A DNA stretch of 64,000 nucleotides from NCBI GenBank assembly GCA_964422395.1, contig CAYRAO010000003.1:90344-154343 (forward strand), read 5' to 3'. This DNA comes from an uncultured Clostridia bacterium. Lineage in GTDB: Bacteria; Acidobacteriota; Aminicenantia; UBA2199. The notes below the pieces were generated by a model. It searched no databases and was not told where the DNA came from. It saw only the letters and a list, made by a program, of their open reading frames with translations. This document shows, one piece after another, positions 27,121-36,262 of the stretch; the stretch's first letter is position 1; each line of letters opens with the position of its first letter. The position numbers were made by a program, and so were the translations under genes.

Positions 27121-28167
27121 TTATTTGGAGGAAAATTTTTTCAAATACCATTTTATAGTGGATTTTAGACCTAAATCAAAACTGACCGAAGGTTCCCATT
27201 TCAGTTCTTTTTTTATTTTTTCACAGTTGATAGCATACCGCTTGTCATGTCCAGGTCTGTCTTTTACAAATTTAATAAGTTCGGAATAACTTTCTATTCC
27301 TGAAACATTCGAATTTGTCTTGGCGGGATAAATTTTGTCTAACAGATTGCAAATTTCCCGAACGACTTCTATATTCTTTTTTTCGCTATCTCCTCCGATA
27401 TTGTATGTCTCTCCGGTTTTTCCGTCCGAAATGATTTTCCATATAGCGGAGCAGTGATCCATAACGTAAAGCCAATCTCGAATATTTGCACCGTCTCCAT
27501 ATACAGGGAGGTTTCTCCCTGTTATGGCTCGATTTATTATGAGGGGTATGAGTTTTTCCGGATATTGAAAAGGACCGTAATTATTTGAACAATTGGAAAG
27601 TGTTATCGGGAGCTTGTATGTATTGGCATATGCTCTTACGAGATGATCGGAAGAGGCTTTGGATGCGGAATAAGGACTTTTAGGATCGTATGGAGTAGAT
27701 TCAACGAAATACCCTTCTTTACCGAGACTCCCGAAAACTTCATCGGTTGAGATGTGGTGGAAAAGATTCTCTTCCCCTTGAGTCCACATCTCTCTTACAA
27801 TTTCAAGGAGGTTAAAGGTCCCGATAATATTTGTTTGGATAAAATCCGACGGACCTGTTATTGATCGGTCTACGTGAGATTCAGCCGCAAAATGGACAAC
27901 CGTATCAATACTATGGCTTTTGAAAATTTCTTTCAGTTCGTCAATATTACAAATATCCTTTTTTTTGAAAAAATATCTTTTTTGACCGTATTTTTTTTCA
28001 ATATCACTCAGGTTCTCTTTGTCTCCGGCATAAGTCAACTTGTCTACATTTACAATAATTCCGTTGAAATCCGTTTTTTCAAAAAGATAACGTATGAAAT
28101 TACTTCCTATAAAACCGGCTCCTCCGGTTACAAGAATATTCTTCAACAATCTTTTAACTTTCGGCAT
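27121..28167 (-). CDS. rfbB: dTDP-glucose 4,6-dehydratase
   Basis: ILVTGGAGFIGSNF, YxxxK catalytic region, 348 aa. Confidence 0.9.
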   Translation of the reverse strand: MPKVKRLLKNILVTGGAGFIGSNFIRYLFEKTDFNGIIVNVDKLTYAGDKENLSDIEKKYGQKRYFFKKKDICNIDELKEIFKSHSIDTVVHFAAESHVDRSITGPSDFIQTNIIGTFNLLEIVREMWTQGEENLFHHISTDEVFGSLGKEGYFVESTPYDPKSPYSASKASSDHLVRAYANTYKLPITLSNCSNNYGPFQYPEKLIPLIINRAITGRNLPVYGDGANIRDWLYVMDHCSAIWKIISDGKTGETYNIGGDSEKKNIEVVREICNLLDKIYPAKTNSNVSGIESYSELIKFVKDRPGHDKRYAINCEKIKKELKWEPSVSFDLGLKSTIKWYLKKFSSK

Positions 28168-29070
28168 TTATTCCTCATTAAGTATTTCGTACAGATATTT
28201 TCCATAATCACTTGCAGATAACTCTTTGGCAAGTTGTTCGAATTCGGTTCTGTTGATATATTTTTTTCTGAATGCTATCTCTTCCGGACAGGAAATTTTT
28301 AATCCCTGTCTCTCTTCAATCGTTTTAACGAACACTGAAGCATCAAGCAGGGAGCTGTTCGTTCCGGTATCTAGCCAAGCATATCCCCTCCCCATCAATT
28401 CCACCTTCATCTCTCCTCTTTTTAGGTATTCATTGTTTATATCGGTTATCTCAATTTCTCCCCGTTTTGAAGGTTTTATCGTCTCAGCCAATTTAACAAC
28501 ACTATTATCGTAAAAGTATAATCCCACCACTGCAAAGTTTGACCGCGGATTGGTAGGTTTTTCTTCAATGGAGATAACATCCTTATTCTCATCGAATTCA
28601 ACAACTCCATATCTTTCGGGATTTTTCACATAGTACCCGAAAACAATTGCTCCGTTCTTTATTTTACTGCTTTTTTCAAGGAGAGATACAAGGTCATGAC
28701 CGTAAAATATATTATCTCCGAGGATAAGACAAACGGAATCCGAACCGATAAATTCTTTACCGACAATAAATGCATCTGCAATTCCTCTCGGTTCAGCCTG
28801 TTCTTTATATTCAATTCGCAGTCCCAATTTGTCACCGTTACCGAAGAGTTTTTTAAATCTCGGTAGTTCTACGGGCGTTGATATTATCAGTATTTCCTTG
28901 ATTCCTGCAAGCATCAGTGTTGAGAGAGGATAGTAAATCATTGGTTTGTCGTATATCGGCAAGAGTTGTTTGGATACGGAAAAAGTTATCGGGTAAAGCC
29001 TTGAGCCGTGCCCTCCCGCAAGAATAATTCCTTTCAAATAAACCTCCGTACTGCTATTCTTTATTTTCAA
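28168..29070 (-). CDS. rfbA: glucose-1-phosphate thymidylyltransferase
   Basis: MKGIILAGGHGSRLYPIT...KQLLPIYDKPMIYYPLS. 300 aa. Confidence 0.9.
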   Translation of the reverse strand: MKIKNSSTEVYLKGIILAGGHGSRLYPITFSVSKQLLPIYDKPMIYYPLSTLMLAGIKEILIISTPVELPRFKKLFGNGDKLGLRIEYKEQAEPRGIADAFIVGKEFIGSDSVCLILGDNIFYGHDLVSLLEKSSKIKNGAIVFGYYVKNPERYGVVEFDENKDVISIEEKPTNPRSNFAVVGLYFYDNSVVKLAETIKPSKRGEIEITDINNEYLKRGEMKVELMGRGYAWLDTGTNSSLLDASVFVKTIEERQGLKISCPEEIAFRKKYINRTEFEQLAKELSASDYGKYLYEILNEE

Positions 29071-29164
29071 ACAATAATAACAAATTATCTCAATTTATCG
29101 AAGTATAATCAATATGAATAAAATTATAACAAAAGAGTTGACAAAATAATTAAAAAATATTATA

Positions 29165-29195
29165 TTGACCATATGGTCAAACCAAAAGGTTGACC
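29165..29195 (+). promoter_or_regulatory. perfect 16-bp palindrome TTGACCATATGGTCAA plus a downstream TTGACC half-site, between the divergent rfbA and TolC-like genes
   Basis: The palindrome spans 29165-29180. GGTTGACC is at 29188-29195. Candidate -35 TTGACA at 29134-29139. Confidence 0.45.
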
Positions 29196-29261
29196 GAATG
29201 CGTTAGGTATATGTGGGAAAGAACGAAAAAATTAAAAAATATTAATGAGAGGTGTCTTCAG

Positions 29262-30566
29262 ATGAGAATAGTTATGTTTTCTTTAATTTCGCTATCGTTT
29301 GTTATCACTGTTTTTTCTTATGTTCCTCTCGGAAAGGCAATTGACAACGGTGTTAGGATAAATTGTAAAATCAAGAACAGTATCCTTGAGTCACGAATAA
29401 TTGAAATAGATCATAAGATAAAAAAATACAACAGATATTTTACAATAAAAGGTTCGGGAAGTTATCTTTACAGGTCAAAAAAAGTGGAAATTAAATTACC
29501 TGATATGAAAACTGAACGGGGTGGAATTGGATCCGGATTGAAGATACCCGGAGGGACGAATCATACCTATGATATTGGTGTATCGGTATATCAACCGATA
29601 TTTACCGGTAACATTCTATCGGGATTAATCAGGTTGAATGAATATAAAAAGGATATAAATGTTAATAGAAAGGAATTCATTGAATTGATGCTTAGAGGGA
29701 GTATTAAAAGAATTTTTTTTAATTATCGGATGCTTACCAAACAGTTGGAATCAATTGAAATTCTTGAAAAGAAAATAAGAAACCATTTTAACCGGTTGGA
29801 AGATCTGTTTGGCGAAGGGTTAATTGAGAAAAGAGAGATTCTTGAGACCAAGCTTAAACTTAGGGAAGTTTTATTGTCTAAAGAGAAAATAGGGAATAGC
29901 AAGAATAGTCTTTCTTCAATGTTCAAAGAACTTACGGATTATGATATCAAAGATATTGAGAAAAACTATTCGGAATCAATTGAAGATCTGGAAACATCAA
30001 GAGGGTTGTTCATACTTAATCATCCTAAATTAAGAATTTTATCAGCCCAAAAAAAGATTATCAGTATGAGTAAAAAGATCAATAAAGGGAAAAATCTTCC
30101 TCAAATAGGAAGTTTTGCCGAGTTTCACTATGGATTACCGGGAATAAATTTTCTTGGAAAAGAGTGGAATTCCTATTTTCAAGGAGGTATTAACATAAAG
30201 ATAAATGTATTTGACTGGGGTAAGGTCGGGAAAGAAGATGCTATCTATAATTACAATATTGAGAAGGTTGATAACGATAAAAAAGATGTTATTCGGAAAA
30301 TTCGACTGAAATTATCTCAATTATTCAAATCATTAAAAAGCTTGAAAGAACAGGCTGATATATTCAAAGAGATGATAGGAATTTCCAAAGAGGAGTTGGA
30401 ATTGAAAAAAATGATGTTTGAAGAGAAACAGATATCCAACAAAGACTATCTTGATGTGGTATTCAATGTTGAAAAACGGCAATCTTTAAGGGAGCAAACA
30501 ATTCTTCAAATTGAATTGGTAAAAGTGGAAATAAATACAATGATCGGTAGAAAGGGGGGGAAATGA
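29262..30566 (+). CDS. TolC-like outer-membrane efflux channel
   Basis: Start chosen at ATG 29262 (MRIVMFSLISLSFVI signal peptide). The ORF-track TTG is at 29190. Two coiled-coil/OEP-like repeats. Its end overlaps the HlyD start. Confidence 0.65.
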   Translation: MRIVMFSLISLSFVITVFSYVPLGKAIDNGVRINCKIKNSILESRIIEIDHKIKKYNRYFTIKGSGSYLYRSKKVEIKLPDMKTERGGIGSGLKIPGGTNHTYDIGVSVYQPIFTGNILSGLIRLNEYKKDINVNRKEFIELMLRGSIKRIFFNYRMLTKQLESIEILEKKIRNHFNRLEDLFGEGLIEKREILETKLKLREVLLSKEKIGNSKNSLSSMFKELTDYDIKDIEKNYSESIEDLETSRGLFILNHPKLRILSAQKKIISMSKKINKGKNLPQIGSFAEFHYGLPGINFLGKEWNSYFQGGINIKINVFDWGKVGKEDAIYNYNIEKVDNDKKDVIRKIRLKLSQLFKSLKSLKEQADIFKEMIGISKEELELKKMMFEEKQISNKDYLDVVFNVEKRQSLREQTILQIELVKVEINTMIGRKGGK

Positions 30567-31453
30567 AAAGAATAGCTATATTTTTTTTAGCTTTGTTTGT
30601 AATAAACGGGTGTGGAGGAAGTGGCTCCCACACCATAAAGGCTCCCGGAATGGTTGAAGGGGAGATTATTACCATAAAGTCTAAAGTCTCTTCAAAGGTA
30701 AAAAAATTAAATGTAAGAGAAGGGGAACGGGTCACTGCGGGAAAGGAGCTTGTCAAGTTTGATTTCAGAATTCTTGAGAACAAGATTGAAGATGTGAGAT
30801 TAAATCTTGAAAGTGTCGGGTTAAAGCTTGAAAAGCTTGAAAAAAAAAGAGTGTTGATCAAAAAGAACTATGATTATTTAAAACGGCAGACAAATAAATT
30901 TGAGAGATTGAGTCGGAAAAAATCCATATCGGGTGATGATCTTGAAAAGATAAAATTGAAACTTCTTGAATCGGAAACCAATAAGTTCGAGATAAGAAAA
31001 TCAATTCAGGAATTGAAAGTTCAAACAAATGTTCTAAAGAACAGAAGGAAATATTTGGAAATCATGCTTGAAGATTATATTTTAACTTCGGGAGTAGACG
31101 GAGTGGTTATGGAAAAATTTGTTTCTATGGGAGAGAATGTTTTTCCGGGAACTCCGGTTTTAGATATCCTTGATCTGAATTCGCTTTACGTGGAAATATT
31201 TGTTGAGGAGGAGGAGTTGCATGCAGTGAAGATCGGATTGAATGTAAAGATAATTGTTGACGGAGTAAAAGAGAATGGGCTTAGTGGAGTTGTCTCTGAA
31301 ATAGGGAGAAAAGCCGAATTCTCTCCGAAATATGTTATTTCCGAGGTGGAGAGAAAAGCCCTTTTGTACATGGTTAAAATCAGGCTTGACTCAAATCTTG
31401 ATATATTTAAGATCGGTATGCCGGTCACGGTTATTATTCCGGAAAACAATTGA
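30563..31453 (+). CDS. HlyD-family periplasmic adaptor (membrane fusion) lipoprotein
   Basis: Lipobox FVINGCGG. Biotinyl-lipoyl-like β-hairpin, long coiled coil and C-terminal β-barrel (GMPVTVII). Confidence 0.8.
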   Translation: MKRIAIFFLALFVINGCGGSGSHTIKAPGMVEGEIITIKSKVSSKVKKLNVREGERVTAGKELVKFDFRILENKIEDVRLNLESVGLKLEKLEKKRVLIKKNYDYLKRQTNKFERLSRKKSISGDDLEKIKLKLLESETNKFEIRKSIQELKVQTNVLKNRRKYLEIMLEDYILTSGVDGVVMEKFVSMGENVFPGTPVLDILDLNSLYVEIFVEEEELHAVKIGLNVKIIVDGVKENGLSGVVSEIGRKAEFSPKYVISEVERKALLYMVKIRLDSNLDIFKIGMPVTVIIPENN

Positions 31454-31475
31454 TGCTTTCTTTGTAGGACTGCTT

Positions 31476-32384
31476 ATGGTACGTTTGGAGAATATTTCTA
31501 AAAGTTACGGTGAGGTAAAAGCACTTCGGGGAATATCCGTGACTTTTCCCAAATCGGAGATCACTATTATTGCGGGAGCCGACGGTGCAGGGAAATCTTC
31601 GATCTTTAGAATTATTCTCGGTCTTGAAAAAGCCGACTCCGGCAAAGTTTTTGTTGATGAAAACGAAGTTGGGAAAGATTTCTCAAAAGTAACGGGAATA
31701 TCGGGGTTTATGCCTGAAAAGTTTTCATTGTATCCTGACCTTACGGTTGAGGAGAATCTTGATTTCTTTGCCGAAATAAACAATGTTTCATATAAAAGGA
31801 GGGAGAATCTTAAGAGCAGATTGCTTGAAAATACCGGCATGAAGGATTTTCGAAAAAGAAGAGCCGGTGATCTTTCCGGTGGTATGAAGCAGAAACTTTC
31901 ACTGTCATCCATACTCTTATCTTCTCCTGAATTGGTAATATTAGATGAACCGACAACCGGAGTTGACCCGCTCTCACGAATTGAGTTCTTTAAAATAATA
32001 AAGTCTTTAAAAGGGGAAGGAAAGACTATAATTATTTCGACACCGTATCTTGATGAAGCTGAGAATGGTGATCATATAATTTTTCTCAAGGAGGGAAAGA
32101 TTATTAAGAGAGGGGATATAGATGTTTTGAAGAGGAGTGTCCCATTCAAATTGTGGAGAATATTGCCTGAGGGGAATATTTTTGAGCTAATGGATAAAAT
32201 TAAAAAAAGGAGAGGTATAAAACAAAATTTTTTTGTTAAGGGAAAATACATTAATTTGATTACTACACGGGATGAGAGTTTTTTACAGGGAATTGATGCG
32301 GTTGAAATATCGGAACAAAGTCCGACTCTTGAAGATATCTATATGTTTTACGAAAGAGAGGAATTTGGTATTGCGGAACAATAA
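31476..32384 (+). CDS. ABC transporter ATP-binding protein
   Basis: Walker A GADGAGKSS, signature LSGGMKQK, Walker B LVILDEPTTGVD. Start set at ATG 31476, just after the HlyD stop. Confidence 0.85.
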   Translation: MVRLENISKSYGEVKALRGISVTFPKSEITIIAGADGAGKSSIFRIILGLEKADSGKVFVDENEVGKDFSKVTGISGFMPEKFSLYPDLTVEENLDFFAEINNVSYKRRENLKSRLLENTGMKDFRKRRAGDLSGGMKQKLSLSSILLSSPELVILDEPTTGVDPLSRIEFFKIIKSLKGEGKTIIISTPYLDEAENGDHIIFLKEGKIIKRGDIDVLKRSVPFKLWRILPEGNIFELMDKIKKRRGIKQNFFVKGKYINLITTRDESFLQGIDAVEISEQSPTLEDIYMFYEREEFGIAEQ

Positions 32385-32385
32385 A

Positions 32386-33120
32386 ATGGATGCGGATATA
32401 ATAAAGGTCAGGGGTCTTATAAAAAAATTCGGAAATTTTACAGCCGTTAACTCCATAAGTTTTGGGGTAAGGAAGGGTGAAATACTTGGGTTCCTGGGTC
32501 CGAACGGAGCAGGGAAGACCACAACTCTCAAAATGATAATGGGACTCCTTAAAATCACCGAAGGAGAAGTGATTGTGGATGGTATTGATGTCTCAAAGAA
32601 TAGAGTTGAAGCAAAAGAAAAATTGGGTTACATGTCACAAAAATTCTCTCTTTACTCAAAACTTAGTCCTAAGGAAAATGTTGAGTTTTTTTCGGGTATA
32701 TCAGGACTAAGCAAGGATATGGTAAAAACAAAGATTGAGGAATTAAAATATACCGTAAAGCCTGAACTAATTGATAAGATCGTTGGAGATCTTCCACCCG
32801 GAATAAAACAAAAAGTTGCACTTTTTACCTCTTTAATTCCGGATCCGGAAATACTCCTGTTGGATGAACCCACATCAGGTGTTGATCCTGAAACGAGGAG
32901 AAATTTTTGGATGGAAATATACGGTTTAAAGAAAAGGGGGAAGACAATTCTAGTTACAACACACAATATTGATGAAGTGGAATATGCCGATAGAATTGTA
33001 ATATTGCACAAAGGGAAAATTATTGTGGAGGGAGAACCGGAATATCTTATAAATGAGCATAAAGTTGACTCGGTAGAGACTCTATTTAAAAAAGCGGTGA
33101 GGGAAAATGAGGGGAATTAA
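32386..33120 (+). CDS. ABC transporter ATP-binding protein (second ATPase)
   Basis: Walker A GPNGAGKTT, a degenerate signature LPPGIKQK (LSGG→LPPG), Walker B ILLLDEPTSGVD. Start ATG 32386 is 1 nt after the previous stop. Confidence 0.85.
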   Translation: MDADIIKVRGLIKKFGNFTAVNSISFGVRKGEILGFLGPNGAGKTTTLKMIMGLLKITEGEVIVDGIDVSKNRVEAKEKLGYMSQKFSLYSKLSPKENVEFFSGISGLSKDMVKTKIEELKYTVKPELIDKIVGDLPPGIKQKVALFTSLIPDPEILLLDEPTSGVDPETRRNFWMEIYGLKKRGKTILVTTHNIDEVEYADRIVILHKGKIIVEGEPEYLINEHKVDSVETLFKKAVRENEGN

Positions 33121-34219
33121 ACCTATAATTCGGAAGGAGATATATCATATTGCTCGTGATCCGAAAAGTTTAATAATAATACTTGTAATGCCCATTCTCA
33201 TGGTATTTATTTACGGTTATGCGATTTCGTTTGATCTTAACAATATTAATATTGGTATTTTGGATTATTCAAATACAGAATTGTCGGGACAGTTAAAAAA
33301 CAAGTTTCTAAATAATAAGTATTTCACAAAGATCGAGACAGAGGAAAAAACGTCTCTTGAATTGTTCGAAAAAAAATTGAAAAGTGGAGATATGGATGAA
33401 ATCTTAATAATTCCTTACGATTTCTCAAAAAAAGTAAAGATGAGAACAGCCGTTGATGTAGGGTTTGTAATTGACGGATCGGATTCCAATACCGCTAATA
33501 TTATTTATCAGTACAACGAAATGATTATTGCTGCATTTTTAGAGGATTTTCAAAAATTAAAAGATTTGATCGGTATTAATACAAAGATTTTTTTTAATTC
33601 GGAATTGAAGAGTGCATTCTTTTTTATTCCGGGAATTATTGCAATTTTACTCATGATAATCTCTGCTCTGTTAACATCTTTAAGTATGTCGAGGGAGAAA
33701 GAGTCGGGATCAATTGATCTTATTTTTATCTCACCGATAAAATCTTATGAGATTATTATAGGAAAAACCGTTGCGTATGTCTTTGTAGCATTTGCAGTGG
33801 AATCCGTCATTCTTTTATTCAGCAGATTCTGGTTCGGTCTTCCGATAAGAGGCGATCTGTCTGTTCTGTTCCTATTTTCTTTAATTTTTATATTCACGGG
33901 ACTTTCACTTGGGGTTATGATCTCAATGGTAGCTCCCGATCAAAAAACGGCAATGCTTGCAACTCTTTTGGCAACAATGCTCCCTTCGTTGATGCTTTCG
34001 GGATTTATTTTTCCTATAACATCTCTCGGAAAGGTACTCAGGATCTTTTCGAGTATAGTTCCTGCAACATATTTTCTCAAAATCATAAGGGGTGTTGTAT
34101 TGAAGGGAGCCTCCTTTTCAGATTTTGTCTGGGATGGGGTGATATTGATTATTATGAGTATCGTACTGATATTTATTGCGGTAATTAAATTTACAAAGAT
34201 GAGGAGAATTTCCGGATGA
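33107..34219 (+). CDS. ABC-2 type transporter permease
   Basis: One N-terminal TM, a large periplasmic loop, then five C-terminal TM helices. YbhS/YbhR-like architecture. Confidence 0.8.
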   Translation: MRGIKPIIRKEIYHIARDPKSLIIILVMPILMVFIYGYAISFDLNNINIGILDYSNTELSGQLKNKFLNNKYFTKIETEEKTSLELFEKKLKSGDMDEILIIPYDFSKKVKMRTAVDVGFVIDGSDSNTANIIYQYNEMIIAAFLEDFQKLKDLIGINTKIFFNSELKSAFFFIPGIIAILLMIISALLTSLSMSREKESGSIDLIFISPIKSYEIIIGKTVAYVFVAFAVESVILLFSRFWFGLPIRGDLSVLFLFSLIFIFTGLSLGVMISMVAPDQKTAMLATLLATMLPSLMLSGFIFPITSLGKVLRIFSSIVPATYFLKIIRGVVLKGASFSDFVWDGVILIIMSIVLIFIAVIKFTKMRRISG

Positions 34220-35319
34220 AGATTTTTTACCTTATAAAAAAGGAGTTTCTTGAAATTATCAGACAGAGAGAATTTCTGTTTATGATTATTCTTGCTCCGA
34301 TATTGCAGTCGATTATTCTCGGTTACATAGTAACAACGGATATAAAAAATATTCCGGTTGGAATTATTGATCTCTCTTCAAAAAAAGCTACAGTTAGAAT
34401 TATTAACAGGATATCAAGTTCGGGCCTGTTCAAAATAAAGTATATTTCAAAGGTTAACAGAGATGTAGTAAATGAACTGAAAAGGGGACAGGTTAAAGTA
34501 GTTCTCCTTTTCAAGGACAGAATAAAGTCAGGATATACAAAGGGGAACTATCCGGATATCCAAATATTTTTAGACGGAGTGGATTCGAACTCTTCTCGGA
34601 TTGCCGCCGGCTATTTTAACGGAATTTTAAAAAACCATATCATGAATGATTTAAGAACATCCGGAGCTGTTCCTTTGGTGAAAGGGAAGTCTTTGATACG
34701 GTTTAATCCTGAATTAAAAAGCATAAACTACATGGGACCCGGAATTGTTGCATTATTACTAACCATCATTACACTGTTTATTACGTCAATTTCACTTGTT
34801 AGGGAGAAGGAGCAGCAGACAATGGATACACTCCTTATTTCAAAACTTCATCCGTATGAGATATATATCGGGAAAGCTCTTCCAATGGGTATTATCGGAA
34901 TAATCAATCTCTTTGTCGGTACACTTGTTACGGTTTTGTGGTTTAATATTCCCGTAAGAGGAAATCTTATCTATCTTTTTATATCAGCGGTTATCTACCT
35001 TGCCGCAATATTATCGTACGGTATGATAATATCTGTTTTTTCAACTTCTCAGCAGCAGTCTCTTTTTTTCTCCCTATTTTCTATCATAACATTCATCCTG
35101 CTGTCAGGATTGTTTACCCCCCTCGAAAATATACCTATCGGATTAAAATGGATCGTTAAAATAAATCCTCTCGGTTATTTTATCAGGATCATTCGTGAAA
35201 TATTCCTGAAAGGTAACGGAATTGAGTATTTTTACGGTGATCTTCTATCTTTGGGGTTAATTGCTTTTGTTATCTCTTCTATTTCCATATTCAATTTTAA
35301 GAGATTAATATCCAAATAG
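34216..35319 (+). CDS. ABC-2 type transporter permease (paralog)
   Basis: Same architecture as the previous gene, with a 4-nt overlap. Confidence 0.8.
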   Translation: MKIFYLIKKEFLEIIRQREFLFMIILAPILQSIILGYIVTTDIKNIPVGIIDLSSKKATVRIINRISSSGLFKIKYISKVNRDVVNELKRGQVKVVLLFKDRIKSGYTKGNYPDIQIFLDGVDSNSSRIAAGYFNGILKNHIMNDLRTSGAVPLVKGKSLIRFNPELKSINYMGPGIVALLLTIITLFITSISLVREKEQQTMDTLLISKLHPYEIYIGKALPMGIIGIINLFVGTLVTVLWFNIPVRGNLIYLFISAVIYLAAILSYGMIISVFSTSQQQSLFFSLFSIITFILLSGLFTPLENIPIGLKWIVKINPLGYFIRIIREIFLKGNGIEYFYGDLLSLGLIAFVISSISIFNFKRLISK

Positions 35320-35363
35320 AGTATAATATCAGATAATTTATAACTGTAGGGAGAAAATATTTT

Positions 35364-35392
35364 GCAACTTTTACGAAGATTTTAAGGTCTAA
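35364..35392 (+). promoter_or_regulatory. σE/ECF-type promoter candidate GCAACTT-N16-GTCTAA upstream of the ECF sigma gene
   Basis: Compare E. coli rpoE P2 GGAACTT-N16-TCTAA. The -10 ends 2 nt before the first ATG, so the downstream ATG 35406 may be the true start, or the transcript is leaderless. Confidence 0.3.
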
Positions 35393-35393
35393 C

Positions 35394-35927
35394 ATGTGTA
35401 AGATGGATGAACTTATTGAAAAATTAAAACGGAAGGATGAAAATGCATTTAAAGAGGTCATGAAAATGTATAAAGGTCAAATATTTAATTACCTTCTGCT
35501 TATGCTTGGAAACAGGGAGCAAGCCGAAGAGTTGACTCAGGATACGTTTGTGAGAGTTTTTTTTAAAGCGGGTTCTTTAAGGACAGATAATCTGAAAGCT
35601 TGGATATATAAAATTGCGACAAACCTTGCTCTTTCGGAATTTAGAAAAAATAAAAGGAAGAGATATTTCTCGCTTGATGATGTTAACGAGGCAAATTATT
35701 CCTATGATCAAAAACTCGGAGAGAATATAGTTATTGAAGAAGCACTATCTCATCTTTCGGAAAAATACAGAATACCGTTGATTATGAAGGAAGTTGATAA
35801 CTTTTCCTTTGAGGAGATGTCCGATATATTAAAAAAACCTGTCGGCACATTGAAATCATTGGTTTTCAGAGGGAAAGAAAAAATGAGGAGTAAAATGGAA
35901 GTTCAGTTTGGAGGGAACAATGGGTAG
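35394..35927 (+). CDS. ECF-type RNA polymerase σ70-family sigma factor
   Basis: Region 2 (ELTQDTFVRVF) and region 4 HTH (FSFEEMSDILKKPVGTLKSLVFRGKEKM). 177 aa. An alternative ATG lies at 35406. Confidence 0.85.
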   Translation: MCKMDELIEKLKRKDENAFKEVMKMYKGQIFNYLLLMLGNREQAEELTQDTFVRVFFKAGSLRTDNLKAWIYKIATNLALSEFRKNKRKRYFSLDDVNEANYSYDQKLGENIVIEEALSHLSEKYRIPLIMKEVDNFSFEEMSDILKKPVGTLKSLVFRGKEKMRSKMEVQFGGNNG

Positions 35928-36252
35928 TGAAGAAGATATTTTTAAGAATTATGTCCGAATGGAAGATCTCGGTGGAGATTTTGAGGATCGTGTATTTTAT
36001 AAAATCAAGAAAAAAAAGAGACAGAGAACTATTATTGTCTCTTCACTTGGTGCATTATTTCTCGGAGGTTTCCTCTTTATCTCCGGATCACTTTTCTTTC
36101 CTAAAAAGAGTGAATTTCTTTATACCCAAAATGATAATCAAGTTAGAGAAGAGGTTCTGCTTACCGACTATGTAACTTTTGCAGCATCGGACGAAGATAA
36201 CAATTATGTGATTGAACAAGTGAATAGTTTAGACGATACGGGTACAATTTAG
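35920..36252 (+). CDS. putative single-pass anti-sigma factor
   Basis: 8-nt overlap with the sigma gene. GGAGGG RBS. Cytoplasmic N-terminus, one TM (IIVSSLGALFLGGFLFISGSLFF), short periplasmic tail. Role inferred from position only. Confidence 0.45.
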   Translation: MGSEEDIFKNYVRMEDLGGDFEDRVFYKIKKKKRQRTIIVSSLGALFLGGFLFISGSLFFPKKSEFLYTQNDNQVREEVLLTDYVTFAASDEDNNYVIEQVNSLDDTGTI

Positions 36253-36262
36253 GAGACAACGA

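Noticed and set aside
35927-36175. 82-aa plus-strand ORF overlapping the anti-sigma gene in another frame
   Set aside because: The alternative frame (35920-36252) has an RBS, an 8-nt overlap with the σ gene and a TM helix. This one is a frame shadow.
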